NCBI RefSeq assembly: GCF_001194135.2
Contig: NC_068993.1
Location: forward strand, 41,837,533 to 41,901,532
DNA: 64,000 nt
Source: Octopus bimaculoides
Lineage: Eukaryota
Direction of reading: 5' to 3'
Shown: positions 51,001 through 64,000 of the stretch, one piece after another
Position numbering within the stretch: position 1 is the first letter of the stretch
Layout of the letters: each line of letters begins with the position of its first letter
Notes under the pieces: model-generated
Databases searched by the model: none
The model's input: only the letters and a program-made list of their open reading frames with translations
Told to the model about the DNA's origin: nothing
Made by a program: the position numbers and the translations under genes

Positions 51001-52617
51001 ACAATCTTACATCATGAAAATTTCCGGGTGCATTGGATAACAAAGTTCTAGGAATACATATGAAAAAAAGAAGACAGAACCATTCTACAGCAAAACTGGA
51101 TCAGCTCTATAGAATGATCACATTTCGGTCACGAGTAGTCACTACTCGACTGTTTTGGTCACTACTTTAGCTTTATACCAGTAAGTGTGAAAACGGAACG
51201 GAAGAAACCAGCTAATAAGTATCTTCCAGCATACATTTCACAATTTTAGATCACTTGCGGTGAAGAAGATAGGTCGACATATACACCATGACGACTTTGG
51301 AGGATCAAAAATATCTCATACCCTCTCAACCAGACAGTCATACCAATACCAAAACTAAATGGGAAAAAAACTGAATTTAAATAAGTGAAAAATAAAATAA
51401 CAGTAATGCTGATGAGATCAACAGTACCGTAATGTGAAATGCAGTAGGTTTTGAAAAGACAGTAATGATATTTAATCTATATACTATGTTGACTTGTATG
51501 TCGAAAATCCTGCACATATTTCACTTATGATATTTCAACAATAATATACATGATAATATTTATTATAACAGCCATTCATATTAGTACTGCACCTTGATAA
51601 TATTATATATTCAGATATCTCATGGGGAAATATCGAGCCTATGGATATTTTACTGGGCCTATTTGCGAGACAAATCGTAAGGGGAATTGTCACTTTGAAT
51701 TACGACATGCTGTAAAAGTGTACAGCTTTCATTGCATTAAGTTTTAATGACTATTCATTCGCTATTACTGACTTTAGCTTTGTCTAACAATGACATTCTT
51801 TGTAGCATCAGAACGGCTAATTTAAACTGACATTCGAAATATTTCCATTACATTTTTAATGAATACCTCGGCTTTTGTGTAGGTTTTAGCTGAAAATGTT
51901 TCGCAAATGCCACAGAATATGTAACGTCCAATGATAAAATGATACTTCTCATTGCATACTCACTCACACACACACACACAAAAAATGACAACTTATATAA
52001 TTGTATGAACTGTGCACACATAAACGTCATACAGAAATGAAAATGAATTCATATACTACATGTGCGTGTGTTTATATATATATATATATATNNNNNNNNN
52101 NNNNNNNNNNNNNNNNNNNNNNNNNNNNNNNNNNNNNNNNNNNNNNNNNNNNNNNNNNNNNNNNNNNNNNNNNNNNNNNNNNNNNNNNNNNNNNNNNNNN
52201 NNNNNNNNNNNNNNNNNNNNNNNNNNNNNNNNNNNNNNNNNNNNNNNNNNNNNNNNNNNNNNNNNNNNNNNNNNNNNNNNNNNNNNNNNNNNNNNNNNNN
52301 NNNNNNNNNNNNNNNNNNNNNNNNNNNNNNNNNNNNNNNNNNNNNNNNNNNNNNNNNNNNNNNNNNNNNNNNNNNNNNNNNNNNNNNNNNNNNNNNNNNN
52401 NNNNNNNNNNNNNNNNNNNNNNNNNNNNNNNNNNNNNNNNNNNNNNNNNNNNNNNNNNNNNNNNNNNNNNNNNNNNNNNNNNNNNNNNNNNNNNNNNNNN
52501 NNNNNNNNNNNNNNNNNNNNNNNNNNNNNNNNNNNNNNNNNNNNNNNNNNNNNNNNNNNNNNNNNNNNNNNNNNNNNNNNNNNNNNNNNNNNNNNNNNNN
52601 NNNNNNNNNNNNNNNNN

Positions 52618-52662
<45 letters not shown>

Positions 52663-53374
52663 CATATTGTTGCGAATCTGCAAATGTGCGAATTTGTCTA
52701 ATTGTCTGACTAAAGACATATGTGTGTATTTATACGATTGCGTCAGCGTCTCTGAGCGAGAATGTTTATCTGTCGGTCTTTCTGTCTGTCTGTCTGTTTG
52801 CCTGTCAGTCTGTCCATAAATATATACATGATTATATTTGCACAAATGTATGAATATTCAGGCCTGCTACATTCAATAAGCTTTTGAATTCTAACAAGCG
52901 GAGTAATATCTGACATCATGTATTTTGTTTAGTTATTCTTACATGCATCCTGATATGAATATATATGTTTACATAGGAATGTGTGCATGTGTACTATAGA
53001 ACGGGACCATATATAGGTACGTTGCTTTTACGCTTATATAAACATTTATTTTTCAACATACAAGCAGACACATATATACGTATATAATATCTATGTATGT
53101 ACACATGTGTGATTGTACACACATACATATGTGTGTAAGTGTGTGTGAGTGTGTGTGTGTATAAAAGTGATTTTATATGAGAAACAAGCATAGAAAATTG
53201 AGTGAATAAAGGACTCCAAACATTTGTCGAGTTTAATATTTATTATAACAATAATTGACAGTTACTTCAAAAGTTCTATCGCGTCGGCCTGCGGTTTATT
53301 CAAAAGTGTTGAATTTACCAGTTTGAATAAACCGCAGAGACGCAGAAATTTTGAACTTACAGTCAATTACATAA

Positions 53375-53408
<34 letters not shown>

Positions 53409-54117
53409 GTANNNNNNNNNNNNNNNNNNNNNNNNNNNNNNNNNNNNNNNNNNNNNNNNNNNNNNNNNNNNNNNNNNNNNNNNNNNNNNNNNNNNNNNNN
53501 NNNNNNNNNNNNNNNNNNNNNNNNNNNNNNNNNNNNNNNNNNNNNNNNNNNNNNNNNNNNNNNNNNNNNNNNNNNNNNNNNNNNNNNNNNNNNNNNNNNN
53601 NNNNNNNNNNNNNNNNNNNNNNNNNNNNNNNNNNNNNNNNNNNNNNNNNNNNNNNNNNNNNNNNNNNNNNNNNNNNNNNNNNNNNNNNNNNNNNNNNNNN
53701 NNNNNNNNNNNNNNNNNNNNNNNNNNNNNNNNNNNNNNNNNNNNNNNNNNNNNNNNNNNNNNNNNNNNNNNNNNNNNNNNNNNNNNNNNNNNNNNNNNNN
53801 NNNNNNNNNNNNNNNNNNNNNNNNNNNNNNNNNNNNNNNNNNNNNNNNNNNNNNNNNNNNNNNNNNNNNNNNNNNNNNNNNNNNNNNNNNNNNNNNNNNN
53901 NNNNNNNNNNNNNNNNNNNNNNNNNNNNNNNNNNNNNNNNNNNNNNNNNNNNNNNNNNNNNNNNNNNNNNNNNNNNNNNNNNNNNNNNNNNNNNNNNNNN
54001 NNNNNNNNNNNNNNNNNNNNNNNNNNNNNNNNNNNNNNNNNNNNNNNNNNNNNNNNNNNNNNNNNNNNNNNNNNNNNNNNNNNNNNNNNNNNNNNNNNNN
54101 NNNNNNNNNNNNNNNNA

Positions 54118-54736
54118 ATACACACATAAATACACACATACACATATACACACGCACACACACCTCTCACATACACAAACACACACATACACGTACACAC
54201 ATACACATACACACATGCACACACGCGCACACACCTCTCACATACACAATACTCACTCACATACACAACACACACGCACGCACGAAAACATACACAATAT
54301 ACACAGACACGCACGCACAAAAAATATACACACACGCGCACACAAACGCACACGGACACACACATACAGACACACATAAACACACACGCGCATGCACACA
54401 CACGCACCCGTACCTAACATTCACAACCCACACACATCACAATCCCACACACACACGCACTTCCACTCACATACACACACACACGCACACACCCACATAC
54501 ACACGCACACACACTTCTCACCAACACAACACACTCACACATACACGCATACAATCACACACACATGGGCATAAACAACACACGCACATACAATAGCAAA
54601 TGCACGCACACACACGTACACAGCAACGCACATATACACAACATACACATACACACAAACACACACGCACGCACAAAAAGATACACATACACACACGCGC
54701 ACGTACAAAATACACACACACACGCACACGTACCCA
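54118..54736. repeat. Degenerate (CA)-rich low-complexity island between two gaps
   Basis: Direct inspection. Source of several spurious His/Thr-rich ORFs. Confidence 0.95.
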
Positions 54737-55544
54737 NNNNNNNNNNNNNNNNNNNNNNNNNNNNNNNNNNNNNNNNNNNNNNNNNNNNNNNNNNNNNNNN
54801 NNNNNNNNNNNNNNNNNNNNNNNNNNNNNNNNNNNNNNNNNNNNNNNNNNNNNNNNNNNNNNNNNNNNNNNNNNNNNNNNNNNNNNNNNNNNNNNNNNNN
54901 NNNNNNNNNNNNNNNNNNNNNNNNNNNNNNNNNNNNNNNNNNNNNNNNNNNNNNNNNNNNNNNNNNNNNNNNNNNNNNNNNNNNNNNNNNNNNNNNNNNN
55001 NNNNNNNNNNNNNNNNNNNNNNNNNNNNNNNNNNNNNNNNNNNNNNNNNNNNNNNNNNNNNNNNNNNNNNNNNNNNNNNNNNNNNNNNNNNNNNNNNNNN
55101 NNNNNNNNNNNNNNNNNNNNNNNNNNNNNNNNNNNNNNNNNNNNNNNNNNNNNNNNNNNNNNNNNNNNNNNNNNNNNNNNNNNNNNNNNNNNNNNNNNNN
55201 NNNNNNNNNNNNNNNNNNNNNNNNNNNNNNNNNNNNNNNNNNNNNNNNNNNNNNNNNNNNNNNNNNNNNNNNNNNNNNNNNNNNNNNNNNNNNNNNNNNN
55301 NNNNNNNNNNNNNNNNNNNNNNNNNNNNNNNNNNNNNNNNNNNNNNNNNNNNNNNNNNNNNNNNNNNNNNTATATATATATATATACGTTTTTTTTATGT
55401 AACTATGGTAAAATCCAAGTTGTGTCCTCTTGAATCACATCTGCAAGTGAAACATGTATAATGGTGAATAAATATTACCAAAACATTTTCCATCCTGTTT
55501 CCACACAAACACACATACATACACGCACGCACACACACGCACAC

Positions 55545-55585
<41 letters not shown>

Positions 55586-55959
55586 TACATATATATAGAC
55601 ACATGTATACATATGTGTGCACGGATGTGTTTGGGATATTGCGTGTGCATGCGAGTGTGTGTGGGATATTGCGTGTGCATGCGAGTGTGTGAGTGTTGTA
55701 CCTTTAGTGATAATAAAAGCTGTATTTATGACTCTCTACTAGTCATCCGAACCTGGAGATAGAAGTAGAGAGAGAGCGGGGTGTGGGTAATGGAATGACA
55801 GACGGAGTTAAGTATCCTCAATTCTGCTTACAACAGAGTCTATTGTAGATGCTCAAGATGCCAGGTCAAGGTGTTAAACTGAGTAACGTCTTATACAAGT
55901 ACAGAAGCCCCTCGCCATATCACGATTCAAATACCGCAAGACATCCGGTTTGATGCATA

Positions 55960-56300
55960 AAGGTAAAGATCCCCTTCGGTCATGAAAAATTATGGGATTG
56001 CACCTAGAAAGTTCCTCATTCGAAGCACAAATCCGGGCAAGGTTGCTTATGGAAGACCAGCAGTCACCCATGCATTTCACCCCCATCCCCTATAATCTTC
56101 ACGGCACCGATGTTAGCCAAAGTAAAGGCCGATACAGCTTCGCACCAGTGACGTCGCAACTCATTTCTACAGCTGAGTGAACTGGAGCAACGTGAGATAA
56201 AGTGTCTCCTTCAAGAACACAACACACACACACACACCGGTCCGAGATTCGAACTCACTACCAGATGATTGTGAACACGAAGCTCTAACCACTGAGCACA
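55960..56300 (-). mobile_element. tRNA-derived SINE, family E (distinct core and tail)
   Basis: Minus strand: ctcagtggttagagc...gagttcgaatctcgg (A/B boxes); gtgttcttgaaggagacactttatctcacgttgctccagttcactcagctgtagaaatgag core; tail ...aaccttgcccggatttgtgc...ctttctaggtgcaatcccat...catgaccgaagggg. Confidence 0.75.
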
Positions 56301-56857
56301 TACACGCACCCCCCTCCCCCCTCTCCCTCTCTCTCTCTCTCTTACACACACATACATAGGTGCTCTTCCAAACACACATGTAATAAATATGGTAACTTGT
56401 GTTATCATAATATAATTCCCAGGCGAAAATTAACGCGAGATCTAAATATGACGGGCTTTCACACACTGTTCTCCTCAACTGAATTTCACTGGCATATATA
56501 CATCTATAGATATGGACCTCCGTCGGTTTCAGCGATGAGGATTTAGCTGTTCAACCAACGTGCTCTTTGAACTAGCGTGAAAGTGATTTGACATGGAGGT
56601 GACATTGTGTTGCCGTAACATAAAACTTAGCTAAAAATGTACTTGTCACCGTGTGTAAGAGAAGATCTAAATATGATGTGCTTCCACTCTTTTCTCCTCG
56701 ACCGAATTTCACTAACAAGTCACGTTTCGAAGCGAGGCAATGACAAAAGACATTATTCCGTAATGTCCTGCTGTAAAACCAAATAATGCTTCATGATTGC
56801 AAAGCGGATATCTAATGCATGTGACCATGCTCCATTCTTACAAACAGATAATTTTAA

Positions 56858-56922
<65 letters not shown>

Positions 56923-57358
56923 TACACACACACACGGGTGCACGCCCCCACCACAACACACACACAAAAACAAGGATACGCACACATACATCTACAATTA
57001 TTGCTGACGCTATAAAAATTTTGAGTGAACATGAAATAATTCTGTTGTAGAAGAGTACATCTCGGAGTACACATTTATCTAGAAATAATAGCATGTAAAT
57101 ATTGGGTTAAAAAAAACTGGGGAAGAGAAATAAGTCGATGAGAAGATTTGAACCCAGAAAGCAATGAGAAGATTTGAACCCAGAAAGCAAAGAGACAAAA
57201 CAAATGCCGAAAGTCGTCTGGAGTGACACACACAAACACACTTGCTTACGTACATACATATTACGACAAACATACACACACATATGAATATATGCATATA
57301 TCTATATATATGTATACACAAATCCCTCTCTCCCTCTCCCTCTCTCTCTGAATATATG

Positions 57359-57369
<11 letters not shown>

Positions 57370-57397
<28 letters not shown>

Positions 57398-57420
57398 ACG
57401 TACGTATATGCGCGCTTATA

Positions 57421-57462
<42 letters not shown>

Positions 57463-57522
57463 TATAATATATATATATTTATATATGTATATATATATGT
57501 ATATAAAATGTATAATATATAG

Positions 57523-57576
<54 letters not shown>
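57370..57576. repeat. (TA)n-rich tract
   Basis: Direct inspection. Confidence 0.95.
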
Positions 57577-57578
<2 letters not shown>

Positions 57579-58148
57579 TGCATCAATAAATTTCTGATAT
57601 TTCTTGTATCATAAATCTCACATTATTTTGTAAATTTTTAACGTTATATTATTGTTAGTGTGGAAGAAGAAAAAAAAACAATGTTTTGTTGATTTATCAC
57701 ATACGTAAGGGAGCTGGAGTTATAGAACTGTAGAAGTCTGGTGGTTGCTGTGATAATAAAGATTAAAAACCTATTGCTTTTAGTTTCCTTTTACATTTTC
57801 CGGAATATATGACGAAGTATGTATTGCAATATATCATACACGTCAAAAACACGATGCTGAATATTAAAAAGAAAATATTCAAACACGCCCATAGAAATTT
57901 CATGAAATGTTTTAAAATACTTCAACGGTATTTTAGAGGATCCATATTTTATAGTTCCTGTGTGAAAAAAAAATATATAAAGCTTTATGCAGCATCATTA
58001 AAATTTGGAAGACTGCTAACTATATTTCTTGATCAGAGTATTATTCATCGAAGCACACGCAAGCACATCTATCTATCTATCTATATATCTATCTATCTAT
58101 CTTATCTATCTATCTATCTATCCATCTATCTATCTATCTGTCTGTCTA

Positions 58149-58253
<105 letters not shown>

Positions 58254-58288
58254 GAGTGCACCTACACACACAAACACACACACACATG

Positions 58289-58865
58289 CAGGAGTTGGAC
58301 AAAATAATGGAAACACCTTAAAGTTGCAAGTAAATCTATTTTAATATGGGACAGTACCGCCTTTGGCAGTAATTACAGCTTGAATTTTACCAGTTATGGA
58401 TTGTTTCCAAAGGAATTTCTGTCCATTCTTCAGCTAAAACAGTCTCCAGTTCTTGTAGCAATGATGGTGGAAGATAACGACTCCTAACTTGTTTTTCTAA
58501 AATGGACCATAAATATCCAATAATATTGAGATCTGGGGACTGAGGTGGCCAGACAAGATGTTCAACTTTACTAGAATGTTCCACTTGCCATTCAGTAACA
58601 ACTATAGCTGTGTGAATTGGCGCATTATCATCCTGAAATATTGCTTTTCCCTCCAGAAACAGTTCTGTAATCATAAGATGAATTTGATCAGATAGAATGC
58701 TTAAATAGTCTTCACTATTAATTCTGCCATGAAGGGAAACCATTGGGCCGGCAGATTTCCAAGATATAGCCCCCACAAGATCATCACAGATCCTCCTCCG
58801 TTTTTAACAGTTGGAAGTAGGCAGTGTGGGTCAAATGCTTCTTTTGGCTGTCTCCACACGTATAT
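58289..58865 (-). mobile_element. Tc1-family transposon 3' half with TIR; D-36-(E) spacing (DD36E/Incomer-like)
   Basis: VWRQPKEAFDPHCLLPTVKNGGGSVM..WGAISWKSAGP...FQDDNAPIH...WPPQSPDLNIIG(GGA for GAA)YLW...KIQAVITAKGGTVPY*. TIR CAGGAGTTGGACAAAATAATGGAAACAC begins at 58289. Confidence 0.9.
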
Positions 58866-59045
58866 CGACAGAAAAAAGAAAGAGAGAGAGAAAGAGAGAG
58901 AGACAGAGAGACTGAGAGACAGAGTGACAGAGACACATAGAGAGAGAGAGAGACGATTATGAAGGTGATGCACAAAATATGAGTACAGGTATATTTTTAA
59001 AAATATTTATCAGAAATAACTCAAGGCTCGAGACCTTCGAGCGTT

Positions 59046-59113
<68 letters not shown>

Positions 59114-59124
59114 GGCACACCCAC

Positions 59125-59161
<37 letters not shown>

Positions 59162-60309
59162 AGTCTTAGCAAACTAAAAGTAAATTTCTATAAAGTTGAA
59201 AATAATATATGGTTTTATCCAATTACCACCCGCTAAATTGATTATTGGCCAACTCGAGGTCATGGAAAGAAGATGCTAGAAATGGAAGGTTGCTTAACAC
59301 ATCTCTAAATCATATAGCAGTGTCTGTTTTATAAATATTTCACCAAACATGCATTTAAAAACTCCACAGTGAAAACTTAAACGGATTTCTGTTTGGCAGA
59401 AGTTAACACAAATTTGACTGAGTGAATATGCCCAACCAGCTAAAATTCAAAGAAAACTTTTCACCCTCCACTAGAGTCTTATAATTTGTCTTTACTCCTC
59501 ACACCACTTTATTTCTTTCTTTCCACACTCCACAAGGCTTTTAAACAACCTTAGAAGAAATCTCTTATGCCTCATTATTCAATAAATCGAAGGTTTTCCT
59601 TCTCCTGTAATCCATGTTCTTCAAATATTTCGATAGATCAAAGTTTTTCGTCTTCCAATAACTGTAAGAGAAATCACATGCCTTTTATTTTCGATCATTC
59701 GATAAATCAAATTCTTCCTTGCTCCGATAGCCAGCACGTTGAAATATTTTGATAATTTTAGTCACCCTATATCAAGAGTTCGCTTTTTAACAGTAAAAGG
59801 GGCAACATTTAGACTTACTGTAGAATTGCATCTCTCGAACCCATAAAGATGCATTGATGGAAAATATACAGCTACTATAAACATATATTGTATATATATA
59901 TATATATGCATAGATATAGATATATATAAAGGAAGATATGTATACATATATATATATATATATAAACACATACACTTATATGTATATATATGTATGTATG
60001 TGAGTGTGTCTATATATGTATGTATATATACACATATAGACGAGATATTTTGTAACAATACATATATTTTGTAGCATATTTAGACCAGCTTTACATGGAA
60101 AGGTTCTTGAATCTCATCATTATCACCTTTCTCAAGCGTAGATTTCCTTAGCTGCTATTTATTCTTTTATGAGTTCCATTCCTAAGGATGTGGTCGCGCA
60201 GCAGATAATTCGTGCTGTAGAGTATCTCATAAACCTTTAATTATCTATGTCGTTCAAATACACGCCACTGATCACTCTGAGTTATATCCCTTAGCTCAGC
60301 TCTGTTTAC

Positions 60310-60530
60310 ACACACAGAGGACACACACATACACACACACACACACATACACACACGCACACACACACGCACACGCACACACACACAGAGGACATGCAAA
60401 CACACGCGCACAAACGTTAAAAGTACACACGACTGTAATAATTCAGCATGATTATTAAGGTTAGTTATATGACCAAAGAGCTCAATATTCGTAGCCGAAC
60501 GACGGAGATCCACCATCATCACCATCACAC

Positions 60531-60620
<90 letters not shown>

Positions 60621-60660
60621 ATACACACATACACAAACACACATACACAAACACACACAC
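60310..60660. repeat. (CA)n-rich microsatellite tracts
   Basis: Direct inspection. Confidence 0.9.
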
Positions 60661-61108
60661 GTCTATATAAGTCATTTCGTAACTCAAGACTAAAATACAC
60701 TTACCTTTCCTGAAGAGATCAGACAAAATTCAAATTAGTGCATCCTTTAATGTTATAATTATTGATGATTCTTAAATATTGTTATATTGAAACATATATA
60801 TGTATGTAGAATATTTTAAAAAATATTTTGGGGTTATTTTGTTGGTTGAGGGGGGTTCCTTTTATACTCTTATACATATAATTTTGTCATCTTTTAGTTT
60901 GCATTACTTTTCCCATTGTAATACAAATACAACGAGCCAAGCATTTTTCTTCTCCATTTTCTATTTTTGACTTTTAAATTTTATGAAACTGTTTATACAC
61001 ATGTACATTGATGATCTTCCTATCAATGTATTTGGTTAAACCCAGTCGGCGTCATGATTGCTTTTAACAATCGTTTATGTGGATATTGCTTCCTCACATT
61101 CTGAATGC

Positions 61109-61163
<55 letters not shown>

Positions 61164-62316
61164 NNNNNNNNNNNNNNNNNNNNNNNNNNNNNNNNNNNNN
61201 NNNNNNNNNNNNNNNNNNNNNNNNNNNNNNNNNNNNNNNNNNNNNNNNNNNNNNNNNNNNNNNNNNNNNNNNNNNNNNNNNNNNNNNNNNNNNNNNNNNN
61301 NNNNNNNNNNNNNNNNNNNNNNNNNNNNNNNNNNNNNNNNNNNNNNNNNNNNNNNNNNNNNNNNNNNNNNNNNNNNNNNNNNNNNNNNNNNNNNNNNNNN
61401 NNNNNNNNNNNNNNNNNNNNNNNNNNNNNNNNNNNNNNNNNNNNNNNNNNNNNNNNNNNNNNNNNNNNNNNNNNNNNNNNNNNNNNNNNNNNNNNNNNNN
61501 NNNNNNNNNNNNNNNNNNNNNNNNNNNNNNNNNNNNNNNNNNNNNNNNNNNNNNNNNNNNNNNNNNNNNNNNNNNNNNNNNNNNNNNNNNNNNNNNNNNN
61601 NNNNNNNNNNNNNNNNNNNNNNNNNNNNNNNNNNNNNNNNNNNNNNNNNNNNNNNNNNNNNNNNNNNNNNNNNNNNNNNNNNNNNNNNNNNNNNNNNNNN
61701 NNNNNNNNNNNNNNNNNNNNNNNNNNNNNNNNNNNNNNNNNNNNNNNNNNNNNNNNTATATATATATATATATATGTATATATATAAGCATGCAGGTATT
61801 TATATATGTGCATATTAACACGATATTTATATGGGTAGTGTTACCTCGTATTTCGCCCGAATAAGTAAGCTTCAAATTTGATTTTCTGCCTTCGTTTGAA
61901 ACCCATCTTTTAATTATACTTCTACGCTTGAGAAAGGCATAAATGTTGCACATCATATAGTAACCCCATTTAATTACTATACTTTTAAAATATGTTTCTT
62001 TTTAATTGTAATGGTACTAGATATAATCAACTTTTAAACATATATCCTATGATAAAACAAAGCGCGTTTTAAACCACAATCATTTCAATGTTTTGGACTA
62101 ATACTTTTTAAGCAATGACTTGATAAACCTCATTAGCATATGTTGTTAGAAAACTAGTTAACTACTTGGGTGTGTTTTTAAAACGAGCAAAGATGGCCTA
62201 ATATAAAAAAAATATGTCTTTCTATAATTTCCGTTCACATTAGATGGTAGGTGGTGTTAAAGAACACACCCAAATATATAAAAGTTTCAATGAAGATACA
62301 CACGTACATATACATA

Positions 62317-62369
<53 letters not shown>

Positions 62370-63059
62370 ATAAGCTGAGAGAATGAAATAGGTACGTAGG
62401 TGCGTTACATACATGCATACATACATACACGCATACATGATGGTTGCAAAATCGTGATCGAGTATAGCCATCACCTGATCGAAAGTCCCAAACATTCAAA
62501 GGCTACGACCAGTCATTTTTGTGATAGGTCTTACATTTTTTCCAAGCGATGCCTGTGCATGATGATTTTTTATAGTGGGGAAGTATTTGCACAGATCCAA
62601 TCACACTTTCTGAACATGGATAACATAAACTCGAAAAGGAGACTTAGTCTACATCATCGAATATTGTCAGTGTTGCAGGTTTTCTCTCAGAGTTTCCTTC
62701 TCCTAGAGAGATGTGACAACAACGGAGGGGCCTCTCATTCCCAGAAAGCCAACTGCCTGCCTCCATACCAACCCAGATCTTCCCACGTCCTCACGCATAC
62801 ACACATGTATACATACACATGTACATATATTGTTGGATGGCCGTTGATTGCTTATGAGCTCGTCCGTCCTTTGACAGGTTTTATTTTTCGTCCTGCAGAG
62901 TGTCCAACAATTGCCCACCTCTCCAAGCAAGCTTGATGGGGTTGCCGGTTTAGTCGCCGACGACCTGACAATGCGACAGGTTGTAGTGGGTTACATGTTA
63001 CCAGTTGCACCCTAGAGCGACCTGACATACATAATACATACATATCTACATACATACAC

Positions 63060-63117
<58 letters not shown>

Positions 63118-63537
63118 GAACACATACACATATGTAGGTATACATACATTCATACATATATCTATATATATTACAGTTTGCCATATATATTACACGTGTC
63201 TGTGTGTGAAGATGTGTGTTGACTTCAAGTAAATAAATCCATGGGTTCGAATCCTCTACCGGGAAGCTCATTGCGATTTTGCACAAGACCTCTCATTTGA
63301 TTTTATTCCAGTTCATTTCCTTGTAAATGAGTACCAGCTGACTGTTGGTGCAGCCCAGTCTCCTTCCAACTTTCAAAAGCTTGATATTCTATTGGATCAA
63401 TGATGGGAGGTTTGAGTATATGCTCACGACCCCACAGGCATCCAAAATAATTATGGAAAGCAGAATACTTTCTATGTCAAGCAGGCTTGCGTGTAACAGG
63501 TGTAACAGTTTTTTTTCTCTCTCTCTCTGTATATACA

Positions 63538-63592
<55 letters not shown>

Positions 63593-64000
63593 NNNNNNNN
63601 NNNNNNNNNNNNNNNNNNNNNNNNNNNNNNNNNNNNNNNNNNNNNNNNNNNNNNNNNNNNNNNNNNNNNNNNNNNNNNNNNNNNNNNNNNNNNNNNNNNN
63701 NNNNNNNNNNNNNNNNNNNNNNNNNNNNNNNNNNNNNNNNNNNNNNNNNNNNNNNNNNNNNNNNNNNNNNNNNNNNNNNNNNNNNNNNNNNNNNNNNNNN
63801 NNNNNNNNNNNNNNNNNNNNNNNNNNNNNNNNNNNNNNNNNNNNNNNNNNNNNNNNNNNNNNNNNNNNNNNNNNNNNNNNNNNNNNNNNNNNNNNNNNNN
63901 NNNNNNNNNNNNNNNNNNNNNNNNNNNNNNNNNNNNNNNNNNNNNNNNNNNNNNNNNNNNNNNNNNNNNNNNNNNNNNNNNNNNNNNNNNNNNNNNTGTC

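Noticed and set aside
57138-57190. 26-bp direct duplication (similar short ones near 36255 and 55625)
   Set aside because: These are ordinary slippage-type two-copy duplications with no further structure.
62700-63020. GC-richer segment resembling a retroelement UTR
   Set aside because: There are no protein motifs, TIRs, TSDs or second copy in the window to support a specific call.

Overview
AT-rich metazoan genomic DNA with 16 N-gaps (about 6.6 kb), most of them beside (TA)n or (CA)n tracts. The repeat content looks like octopus/cephalopod DNA; this is my inference, not a database result. No intact protein-coding gene can be supported. Long ORFs in the track are microsatellite or gap artefacts, or transposon relics. 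The relics are Tx1/L1, R4/Dong, RTE and Penelope retroelements, four IS630-Tc1-mariner types (mariner, maT-like, rosa-like, and a Tc1 with D-36-E spacing) and hAT MITEs. Many tRNA-derived SINE copies fall into about four families. The most notable element is at 6675-6944 (- strand, 11-bp TSD): a tRNA-like Pol III head fused to a minimal Penelope-type hammerhead ribozyme. A related ~59-bp-stem foldback at 48474-48632 has one arm starting at the predicted cleavage site, and a Penelope RT relic lies at ~19.2-19.9 kb. A few unique-looking segments with strong splice sites may be UTR or non-coding exons.
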